Shown in pieces: positions 1 to 11,023 of a stretch of DNA of 40,553 nt. The position numbers and the translations under genes were made by a program. The notes beneath the pieces are model-generated. The model had not been told where the DNA came from and made no database searches. It saw nothing but the letters and a program-made list of their open reading frames with translations. The stretch lies in contig LXFE01002311.1 in assembly GCA_001929475.1 (NCBI GenBank), forward strand, positions 1 to 40,553, read 5' to 3'. The stretch's first letter is position 1; each line of letters starts with the position of its first letter. This DNA comes from Neolecta irregularis DAH-3 (lineage: Eukaryota).

Positions 1-149
1 AGATGTCCACGTACTGAGGTTAGAATAAACCCTAGTCTTATTCGTACTCGAGTCCTCTTCTTACACGGGTTCGTTATAAGCGGGAATTCGCTGTACGGCG
101 GTTCCTTTTCGACTGTAGGTTTAAAAATTGACTTCTTTCTCTCGTCTAT

Positions 150-1387
150 ATGTTTCGCCGTATCCCAAAGAAAAAGACTGTGATACCTGTCTTTCCCACC
201 ACCTTGGAAGGTCATGGCTATCAGTATAATCCAAACAGCGATAAGATCAGCATGTTTGGTGAACCAGACAGTCCATATATATATAAAAGAACAAACAACG
301 AACTGCACAACTTTAGATTGAAGCAACAAGTCAACCGTTCGTACTCCAAATTACCATCCGTTCTCTGATGACCACTAGAACACATTCAACAAATCATATG
401 TGAAAAGTTGGAAGCATTGGGCTTGCATCCGTTCAGCACGCCATTAAATTGTTCACCTGATGATAGGCATACGACAATCTACTGCACTCCTGACATCAAC
501 TCCAACACTGAAAAGCTTCTTGTCGTCATCCCAGAATCTCGAATATTTGGTGTTTGGTCGGACAGAGCTCTTTTCGATGACACGTTAAATGTTTGCATTC
601 CATGTTTTTGACTTTTTGACGATTCAAGTCTGGGTGTGTGCTGCAATGCATTGAGAGGGCTATAAAGGAAGGATATAGTATCGTTATAACGAATCAGGAA
701 CAGTTGACTTGGATTCGTGATCTCAAAAAAGCTCTAGTCCGCGTCCATTTGCATGTCCAGCTCACTATTATAGTCAATACCCCAATGTAATGCTTTAGGA
801 TTGTCTCATCATGCACTACAAGTTGAAATTCCAGGCAAGAGAACAGAAATTCATTGGCTGACATCAAGGCAACGAAACACCGCAAAAGCATATTCAATAC
901 GTCTTTGAACATTTCGTACTTACTGCTCCTGCAAAAGCAATTTATGTACTCGCAAGTGGACGAGCTACTCCAATTTTGACCGATTATCTTGATAAACACT
1001 GTGCGTAACTAAATGTTTGAAGCCAACTCGATAGACGATGAGCAAAATTTTCGAATCAAGGCTATGGGTATAGCTCAAGCTAGTTTTTCTTTCAGTAGTC
1101 TCTCCAATGACCAATTGAAAGACTTGATCAGCAGGGTATGTCATTCTTGTCGTGTTTACTAAATGGACAGAAAACAATTAATTACGCCTGGTCATCGGAG
1201 GAAACCGATCAAATTTTACCAGAAACCTTTTATGGGTGCGAAACCCGATCTTCCGGGCCAGGTATGCTCAGCGAATGGGTCGAATAGTTACAAGACAGGT
1301 TGCAAGGTTGCAGAGGACGTAATGACCAAGATATATCCATCCTTGTTCGAGTTTTTTGAACAAGTTGATGCGAAAGGAGGGCCATGA
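150..1387 (+). CDS. Arb2-domain protein (Argonaute-binding protein 2-like), multi-exon
   Basis: N-terminus MFRRIPKKK..PVFPTTLEGHGYQYN resembles the MFRR..P.FP.DL..LGY start of fungal Arb2-domain proteins. It continues through exons (TTIYCTPDINSNTEKLLVVIPE..FGVWSDR) separated by short GT-AG introns, to a stop at 1385-1387. Confidence 0.65.
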
Positions 1388-1404
1388 ATATGTCCATCTA
1401 GTGA

Positions 1405-2924
1405 TTATTGTTTCAATTGTAATTCTACATGCTCTTTCCATAGATTTTCATGTATACCACGTAAATCTTCATAATACCCATGAACTTTATCCAAATCGGC
1501 TTGAAGACTATCGATCTGCGCCTTCAACGCAGATTCGGAGGTCGGTGACTTTGTAAATCAGCAAGCAATACCAAGTAAAATGAAACTTTTACCAGAAACT
1601 CTGAAACTGCTCTCTCTGCCATTTCCACGCAATCTTCATCTGATGATCCAGATTCGGTTCTGGTGAGATTTATAATGACATCGTGTTCAACTCTATCTCG
1701 TTCGTTTTGCACGCGTTTCAAGGGTTGCATTTGGTTTTCGCCCTTACAGTTGACCATCTGTTCCGTTTGAAGAAATACAGACAGAAATGTAACAGGACCT
1801 ATAAATAAGAAAAGTGTCTATCAATCGTAGCTACCTTTATGTGATTTCAATTTCCGTACGACTTGACGCGTTGGCACATCCCACACGTAAACCTGACCAT
1901 CATGATCACCCGAAGCAAGTAGTGTAGCATCAAACGAGAGACAAATGGAGGTAATTTCGGAACTATGAGCTTTGAATTCACGGATGGAGAGTTGAGCTCC
2001 ACTTACTATCGAGCCGTTTCCGCCTACCGCATGACAACTTGCTAAGCCATCGGACCTTGAACGATGATATAAATCGATTTGTCTGATGACTCCGTCTCGG
2101 CAGCCGGCATATATAGCGCGCTCCGCCGGATCTATGTCCAAGCAGGTAGGAATTTCAGGCAAGACGATAGTAGTAAGAAGGGTAAAATCTGCAAGTTCCC
2201 AAACCTGGAAAAGAGTTAGATTTACGAGTTTGAGGGATAGATTAACCTTGACTGTCTGGTCAACGGAAGCAGTAAACGAGCGAGCGGAAACATATGGTCC
2301 TGCACCAATTTTGATATCTGTGATTGGGAGATTATGTGCGGTCCATGAAGTGGCGGGACGAATCTCGTCTTGATCTGAAGACAAATCGACGAGTTGGTCG
2401 ATCCACCAAGCATTTATCGAGGAATCTTGACTGCCGGAGAAAAGAAGAGCGTCATCAGACGAGAAGACAAGTTTCGAGACTGGTTGATAATGTGCATCCC
2501 GTACGAACATTAAATTCCCCGACCCATTCTAACAGTTTGAGAACGAGATTTAAAACTGCAAAGATACCTCCCATAGATATATCTTCCCTGATGCCGATCC
2601 CCCTGCGATCCACGTCCAATTATGGGAAACAGCCAATACGGACAGTTTTTCCGGAAGAATGATTTTCTGATCAATGGCTTCCTACGAGTTTTCAAGAAGA
2701 GTAGAAACAAACAAGAATACCTTATTCCAGCGATACACATTCAACAGCGCTTTGTCTTGTTGGGCAGAAATGACATGGTCGTCCGTGACAAATAGCGAAT
2801 GGTGGCCAGATGTATTCCCGCGAAATGTCGCGACATGAGAAGACGTATGGAGATTATGTACGGCGATATGTGCGTCCTGGGCCAAGGTAGCAGTTAGAAT
2901 CAACTCGGTCAGTATATCACCCAT
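1405..2924 (-). CDS. IPI3: WD40 pre-rRNA processing / rixosome subunit Ipi3 (Crb3/WDR18)
   Basis: AQQDKALLNVYRWNK|EAIDQ N-terminal motif and WD repeats (FTASVDQTVK|VWEL, LASGDHDGQVYVWD). The C-terminal coiled-coil exon ends ..ELQLKQ* after an intron. Confidence 0.85.
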
Positions 2925-3967
2925 TTGACCGAAAGAAAATCAAGGCAGAATCGGATGGTTGTCACGTGAATGGAGCGAGTTATCGCGGTCAGATCAAGTG
3001 TCGGCTTGCCTGAGACATGCTGCAGGATCAAAGAAGATTAAACGAAATAGTGGGGTATCGTTGCAATTGGTCTAGATGCCAGTAGAGAAACCGAAGATCT
3101 CTTGCAGGTGTTTCCTCGCACATCCTTGAAACGGCGCTTAACTCATTGTGACAAACATCATTGTGAGACGACAGATTCTCAGATGTCTTTCAGGAAGGAA
3201 GCATGGATTTGTCATGAAGCAGTGGAATGATATTCTGACATGGAGCGAGAACATGTAACGAGCGATTCTGGATATTTAATTGATTCCGATAAGATATAAA
3301 CCTGGGAGTGGAAAAGCTACTACAGGATGGGTAACCACCATTTTAGTGCTGTTTGTCTGATTGTTGCTGACCTGGGCTCATCTCTTGTAGGGGACCCGAG
3401 AAGGTTGGAAATCCTTCTCCACCATGCAATACAGGCGGCTCTGTTTGGGGAAACCCTAGTGGCCCCAACCATATTTAGGCCGTCAACTAATCTTCAAAGC
3501 AAGGAAGTCTCGTTGATTTTCTGTTCCAGTGGGTCCGTGTCAGGACCCAGGTGTAGTACCATGTCCCACGCCCCCACACCACGGGTACCGGCAGGATCCG
3601 GCCTGGAGGATACCACCAGCTAACGGCGTTCTCCCAATCCAAGACCGCGGATCGTGATGTGGAAGGGTCCACATCCGGGAGAGGAGACCGATCTTTGGGG
3701 GGCAACGGCGGCGCGCAAGGACAGGTATTTAGCAAGAGCCTAGCACAGCTAGCGCACTAGGCTTTCAGCACGAGTTGTTGTTACTACATGCGATTACTCA
3801 CCAAATATACGACCTTTCTGCTCAGCGGAGCACGATCTTCGACAGTTAGACACTCACACAAGGCGTGTTTCAGATCGACGCCGGTCCCTGCCGAATGGTA
3901 GACTAAACAATCCACATATTTAAAAGCATCTTTTCCCCTTCGCTTTCCTTGTAAACCTTATTGGGTT

Positions 3968-5332
3968 ATGTCTCTGCCCAATAGCGATCACCAGGTTCAG
4001 CGGTACCTTTTTCGATTTAACATTGCCCTCCTGATCTCAGGATTCCTACTGCAGATATACATAAATCTCAAAACGAAGATGTCTATACCGACAGTTACGG
4101 TCGCAGATTTACCCCTCCAGGTTTCTTTAAATCTCCCATTCCATCTCACCGTCAGATTTTGCCATCAAAGATATATACGATGCAATTCCAAAACACTGCT
4201 TCCAGAGATCTACTTTTCGCGGTCTGTCGTATGTCTTGAGAGACTTTGTCCTGATCGCCACCGCCGGCTACTGTGCGACATATATTCATACTCTCTCGTT
4301 CTTCACCCTCCAGTGCCTCGCTTGGTTCGCCTATGCCTCCCTGCAAGGTGCCTTCATGACCGGCATCTGGATCCTTGCTCATGAATGTGGACACGGGGCG
4401 TTTAGCGAAAGCCCTGCCATCTGCGATTTCGTCGGATGGATTCTGCATTCTCTTGTTCTCATCCCTTATTTTTCATGGAAATTTAGTCACGCAAAACATC
4501 ACAAGCATACAGGTTCAATGGGTAAATCCTGTTCCATTTTGTGGTTTACAGGTTTAGAAAAAGATGTTGTGTTCGTTCCGAGAACACTTAAAAGTAAGCT
4601 TGAATATCGCGGTAAAAAGATCGCAGAAGTGCTCGAAGAAGCCCCCCTTTTCACCCTGGGAGGAATTATCGCTCGACAGCTCCTCGGATGGCCTGTCTAT
4701 CTCCTAGATAATGGGACTGGTCAAACTTACACTAGCCGGCGTAAAAGTCATTTCGACCCTGGATTTCCTCTCTTTGAAAAGGGACAGGGAAAGTGGGTAC
4801 TTGTCTCGGATCTCGGACTAGCGATCATGGGCTTTGGAATTTATATTTGTGTTGAGAAATTCGGCTGGTTGAATGTGATGCTATACTATGGGATCCCTTA
4901 TCTCTTGGTCAAGTATTTATCCCCTCTAATACGACTAATAACCAAAGTTCAAACCTCGTGTGGATAACCTATCTTCAACATACTGACCCGTCAATACCTC
5001 ACTACCGCGGCCCCCAATGGAATTTTGTCCGCGGTGCAGCAAGTACAATTGATCGCGATTTCGGGTTCGTAGGCCGCCACCTTTTCCACCGCATTATCGA
5101 AACCCACGTTGCACACCACTTTGTTTCCAGAATGCCCTTTTACCACGCTGAAGAAGCCACTGTCGCCATCCGCAAGGTAATGGGTGATGCATACCTAAAG
5201 GACACCACTCCTATACCTCTCGCACTCTGGAGAACGGCGAGGACTTGCCAGTATGTTCCGGATGACGGTGACGTAGTGTTTTATAGAAATGAGAATGGGA
5301 TTGGACCAATGGGCCGGAGTAAGGCTGAATAG
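3968..5332 (+). CDS. FAD2: Delta-12 (omega-6) fatty acid desaturase
   Basis: Spliced product reads MSLPNSDHQVQR|IPTA..DSYGRRFTPP|DFAIKDIYDAIPKHCF. Three His boxes (HECGH, HAKHH, HVAHH) plus ITYLQHTDP and TIDRDFGFVGRHLFH motifs. Confidence 0.92.
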
Positions 5333-6581
5333 TAACATGGAGGTATAATTTGCCTATGATCAGGGTTTAGAGTTATGTGCTACAAAAGAGGCAACATTAT
5401 CGATAGCCTCCTTTAGCTTTGCAAAAGGCTTTCAAAGTTTTATAGCTTCAAGAGCGTCATCTAAGCTACATAGCAGTCAAATTTTTCGGCACCAATATCA
5501 GAATTCTTGCTTATAATTTACTTCTGATCTGGGGTTTGTTGTCTAGGAAAAAAATGAAATGGGATCCCACGAGACAGATTGTCAAATCAAGGGTCAGGGA
5601 AATATTGTTGACAGCAGTGACTTTCTTTTGATTGAGACATGTTGAGGAAGAATAAGTCTAGGATCCTCAATTGATGCCACAGGAGCAGATTTATCAGGGG
5701 GTTTCGACTGCCGAAATAATGGTGATGTTGAATGTAACTTCTGTTGGAGGGAAATTCGCAGTAATAGGTAGATAAATATCAACAAAGCCCTTAAACAGAA
5801 TTAGTCAATGTTACCAGACAGAGGAGTCAAAAGGAGGCAGCCTCAAAAATCTTCAAGAAGGAAGCCCATTCACTACTGCTCAAGTATCCATTTCCTCAGG
5901 GCGCTGCAATACTCAATAGTCCGAGATATCTACCGATTGAGAGGAATGAACAATCTGGGACAGCCCATTACATCCATCAGATTTATCAGACTAATGTCGC
6001 GCTCCTGACTGCAGCTAAAGAAATTGATTCATCGCCATTATCGGCTAGACAGTCGGCATATAAAGTTGAGCTGGTTTGTTGATGAAGTACTTCGATCTTT
6101 GAAGGGAAATTGTCTGTTATGATATCTCTGATTTCATTTGCGAAACTGGGATTGTTTGAGGTGTTGATTGAGTATCGATAATGTGACTTGTGAAGAGATT
6201 TTTAGCAGCTGGAGATATCCAACTCCATCCTCTGAATGAGAAGAAAACAAATTTGGTGTGAGTGCGAAATATTATCTTATGGTTTCAACCCCAGGAAATG
6301 CGGACTTTGCTATATCAGGTTAGAAACCAAGTATTCAAAAATATAAATCATGGCGCTTTCTATCGTAGAGCTAGCTTGGGCAGGAGGGGTGGGATGTCTA
6401 TTCCTAATGGCCGTGTAGCATGATTTGGGAAGGACTGGGTTCATGGGGTGCTAGAGGCAGGTCGGGTAGAATAAGCAGGGAGCCGGGAGGGAAGACAGGG
6501 AAAGGGAACAGGGAACAAACAGGGAGCTAGGGTGAGAGGCTTTGTACTAAACAACAAACAATACCAGTACTGAGTACCCAC

Positions 6582-6645
6582 GGGTAACCAATCCAGTACG
6601 GTAACCAGTCCAGTATGGGTATCCAGTCCAGTACGGGTATCCAAT
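6582..6645. repeat. Minisatellite, ~18-bp unit GGGTA(A/T)CCAGTCCAGTAY, ~3.5 copies
   Basis: Read directly: gggtaaccaatccagtac / ggtaaccagtccagtat / gggtatccagtccagtac / gggtatccaat. Confidence 0.75.
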
Positions 6646-6921
6646 TCCTATCTATATAGTGTACTGTACGTGCCACCTAGTGCCTAGTGACTTGTGCCCA
6701 ACCTAGAACCACACTTTCAACCCTACACTTACTCCACACTGAATCTTGTTCCCTTCACCCTAGTAGATACCAAACTGTCACTCCCCTGTACTACTGCTAG
6801 CATTAGTACTGTTACTAGCACTAGTATCGGCCCTTTTTACGTAGTACTACTACTACTCTAGTACCTCCTATCCACCCTAGTTATCCTACCTAACACCCCT
6901 ATTTACCCCCTAGTCCCACCA

Positions 6922-8231
6922 ATGGGATCCCGCCGCCATACCAGCTGCAGCCCGCTTGTCCGTTCTCCGCGCATCCTTGCCCTGGTTGCGCTCTGTGTGC
7001 TGTTGGTATTCGCTTCCGTATCCCGCTCCACCAAAAATACACCGACAAAGAAACCCCCACCCTTCTTCCACCTCCCCCACCCCAACCCGCATCTGCGCAA
7101 CGAAGATCTTGTCGACTCCTTCGCCGGGTACAAGTACCGCGAGCAATGTCGTATCAACGCTCTCGATCTGCACGTCCCCTTCGATCCCCTCTGTCCAGAC
7201 CTGCCCTCCCTCCTAGACGCCCTCTCAAACGGCGGCCGTGTCGGCTTCGATGCGCCCTACATCTCCCGCTCCTGTGATTTTAGATGGTTTCTCAGGGTTA
7301 GGGTTAGCTTGACGCCGCAGGTACTCTACCCACGAAGTATGTGGAATCCTCAAGCGATACGAGCGCGTTTTGTTCTTTGGAGATTCACTCATCCGCCAGG
7401 CATCTCCCGTTCTCTTTCTCTTTTCTGACCCCCAGTTGTATTCCGCTCTAATCGTCTTCATGAGGAGAGATCTGGGCTACGGTGCTGTAGAAAACTGGGA
7501 CTTTGGAGAACTTGAAAAGTGAGTCTGCTGCTTTTTCCCGCCAACCGCACAGCAAGCAATGTTTCTGCGAAAATCAAATTTCTGTCAAGGATTGCAACGT
7601 CAATACAGTCTCTATCCAAACTCTTTTGATTCGCGAACCCACCTGGATTGAAGAGACATGCAAAGACGTCGACCTCAAACTCCACATCCTGGTCAAACAC
7701 CCCATCCCCGATTTCGAACTCGACCGTGTTGCCGAAGACATCGCTGCTCACTCCAAACTTGACAAGCCTTGGGCTTTTAGTACCTTTTCACTCTTGATCC
7801 ATTTTGACATAAAGTCTTTGGCCATGGCCTGTGGAATCATCTCGAATCAAACGCCACACTAAACTGGCTAGACTCAATCGAGGCAAAAATAAAGTCAAAA
7901 CTCCAAATTTATCCAGACTCCGCGAGTCCCCGAATCTTTGTCGCTCCCGCAGCTGCAGGTCCCCACAAACCCGATGAATGGATTCCTCTGCAAGGAAATA
8001 AGAAGATCATGCTCTTTGAAGAAGAAATGAAAATATTAATGAAGGCTCGTGGAATGGAGGTTCTTGGAACTTGGAATGCAACAATCCAGGCATTTTCCTA
8101 CGATGGCAGCCATCGTGGGCTCCGCACACAACTGCTTTTGAGCCAGATGGTCTTGAATATTCTTGATATGGATTGGTACGTTTATCTAGTTGTGTAGTAC
8201 TCACATCTGCAGGAAACAAAAACAGAATTGA
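6922..8231 (+). CDS. Type II membrane protein with a GDS...DxxH (SGNH / PC-esterase-like) domain
   Basis: N-terminal TM segment (ILALVALCVLLVFASV). After the intron at ~7287-7320 it reads SCDFRWYSTHEVCGILKRYERVLFFGDSLIRQ. C-terminus is SYDGSHRG..QMVLNIL, and a last short exon gives WKQKQN*. Confidence 0.65.
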
Positions 8232-8461
8232 TAGACTGGCTCTTGATAGAAAATGATAGACCTGGATGGTTAGACAACATTATATTTGTATTTATGACAC
8301 GAATCCATTCACGTGATCCTTACATTCCCCCAACACTCCCTGATCTCAGTTACCAGAAATGTCCGGTAGAAACATTACACGCAAAAGCGCGCACGAATCG
8401 GTATATTCAATTGAACCCAATCTTTGCTAAACGCGAGCCTCGAGCTTTTTCTGGTGCTCTG

Positions 8462-9844
8462 ATGGGCCAAACCCACACTCCTCGACAGCCTACCAATTCG
8501 CGTCCCCTTTCTTCCAGTCGGAGAACGCCTAGTAGAATCGTATTAAAAAAGAAAGAACCTACACCGCATAAAGCAAGAGCTCTGCAGCAAAAATCTGCCA
8601 AGGAGACTTTTCGTCGCAAAAGTCTTCAAAATGCAAGGGAAACACCTCGAGACATTTTACGAACTCTTAGTCGAGGTACCTCCGCTTTGGAATCAAATTA
8701 TTCAATATCTAGCAATTACCAAAGCTCCTGCCTCCGTGACTAAAATTCCCTTGATAGATCAAGATCGTTCATCAGACAATGACGACATTGCTCCACCGAT
8801 CCTTCAATCTGACATTGATCATTCCGATTCCTCTTCAGAAGAAGACAAACCGCCTAGATTAATGTCTGAACAATTTTCCTTGCCAGATGAAGACGTCACT
8901 GTCGAGTTACCTCGCAGGGAAGCATTGCAACACCGCCTCAGTTTAGGAAGACCAAGTCTAGATGGGGACAGTACAATCCACATGAGTGACATTGACGATG
9001 ATACTATTCCCTTCGGACAAGCACATCTCACTCAAGAAATGATATTTGAAGATTTCCAGAATGATACATCTTTGTATTCAAACACTGCTGCAGATGATCT
9101 TACGTGTAGGGGCATACAAGATTACCAGAACGATGAGACTGTAATGGCGATGGAGCGTAGACGTACACTTGTCGAAGACGAAAATCCGTTTTTATTCAAC
9201 ATGCCCGATCCTCAATCAATAGATGAACCACCTCTTCCAATTCAACCCCCAGACGAAAAAAGATTCGAGATATGGTCCGATGCCGGCGAAGAAACCGTTG
9301 CCCAACACAATACAAACCCCCCAGGCAAACCAAACCTCAAAAGAAAAGGGCGCCCGATAAAGTACACTGACCCTCAACTTTCCCCTAGTTTATTAATTCC
9401 AGGTTATCGCAGGCTGGAGTCCAATTACCATCTCTACCGTGCACTCTATTAAAAACCATGGCTTCAAACTTCTCCGGATGCACGTTATCAAAAACGACTC
9501 TAGAAGCGATATGTTCCGCTTCTGATAAATTCCTCGAACAAATGTCATTTGATATATCGGCCTATGCAAAACACGCTGGAAGAAAAACAATCGAAGAAAT
9601 TGATGTCATTCAACTTATGAAAAGGTGCCAACCATCTACAAACTGTTTCTCAAAAGCTTACGTATATTTTAATTATAGACAGCGGATTCTGAATAAATCG
9701 ACATCAATATATGCATTGGCATGTAAATATCTTCCCAGAGAATTGAGGGATGAAATCCAAATAGAAGCATCCATACACCCTCAAAAACGCAAGAAACTCA
9801 AAACACACCACACTGAAAAAGAAAACGAAGAAAGAGAAGAGTAG
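8462..9844 (+). CDS. Kinetochore histone-fold protein CENP-T (Cnp20-like)
   Basis: Long disordered N-terminus with TP motifs, then K|LSQAGVQLPSLP. C-terminal histone fold ASDKFLEQMSFDISAYAKHAGRKTIEEIDVIQLMKR|QR..KYLPREL. Start codon uncertain. Confidence 0.82.
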
Positions 9845-9855
9845 ATGCGAATGAA

Positions 9856-10950
9856 TTACTCTGTCCTGTATATTTTCGCTTGGATTGGGTTTTTGGGTTT
9901 CCGAAGTAGAAAGTAGAGCATCAATGATGTTGCTCCTGCCAGAGCGTACCTGTAAGTAAATGTTAGTTGTAAATATTGTTTTTTTTCGAACCATGTGAAT
10001 ATGTAGCTTAGATGATTATTGCTCAGATTAATCGTAGGATTACGACCTATTGGAATACCGCATTTTGCGTCCATGTCCGCTTTGAAATCATCATCTTCTA
10101 TGCATGAGATGCTACAAAATATGTTTTCTGGTACCAATGATGTTTTCCAGGTATATTGGTTTTGACATTGTTAACTCGACCATTTGGGGGACGTCTGTAA
10201 AGTAGAATTTATCTTCATGGGGTTTATTTTCCGGCGTAAAGATATTTTTTCGAGGATGTGGACGGACTAATGCATGCACGACGACCTCGTCTTCAGGCTG
10301 CAGGTTTTCAGATATGAATATATCAAGAAAAGTAAGATACCAAGCCTAATTTGCGTGATTCTTGGTCCCGGAATTTGGAAGCTATCCAACCTCGATTAAC
10401 GAGTACCTTTGATCTTGGAGACTTAGTCAAGTTTCTTGCCCGCTGTTAGATTTGATACCCATCTTGTCGTTGTAGAGGAGTAATGACATGAAACCCACCT
10501 CTGCCATCTCTCGTTCGTATTCCCACGAGCATTTCCAAATCATGGCGCCATTTACCTTTCACAAGAACCTTCCTATGATCCCAATTCTCTCGAGCGTGCT
10601 CAGGACTATCAATCAGATCAAGTGAATCGGAGATCGTGGGGAATACTCTAAATCATCCGGACATAAAATTGGCTTCATATTCAGCCTCGACGTATATTTT
10701 TCAATAAGATCACTCTTCCATCGATGTCTATAAACCTGCCAAGTCCCCAACGCCATTGAACATACAGGCATCAAAACTACCGGTGCACTTTAGTACACTT
10801 TAAATAAACTAGGAAATCGAAACCGAGTAAGAAGAGTGTAGGCGTAAACTTTGATTTTGTAACAACAATCGGTCTCGCCCATTCCAATTTTTGAGTCGCG
10901 AAAGACCTATAATTTCGACATGATTTGAAGGTGGACCGGAAAATAGTCAT
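9856..10950 (-). CDS. SHY1: SURF1/Shy1 cytochrome c oxidase assembly factor
   Basis: Mitochondrial-like presequence, MPVCSMALGTWQVYRHRWK, LVNRGWI, and PIGRNPTINLSNNHLSYIFTW|YAL. Confidence 0.9.
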
Positions 10951-11023
10951 TTTTTGGGTATCGTGATGGTTTTTTGTGGTGGCTGTGCCGACGTCTCCAC
11001 TTTTACTGCCCTCGCTGATGTCC

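Noticed and set aside
2990-3003. AGATCAAGTGT, resembling part of U2 snRNA
   Set aside because: It lacks the GTAGTA branch-pairing sequence, stem I and the Sm site.
7294-7308. Telomere-like GGGTTAGGGTTAG
   Set aside because: Only two units, inside a short intron; compatible with chance.
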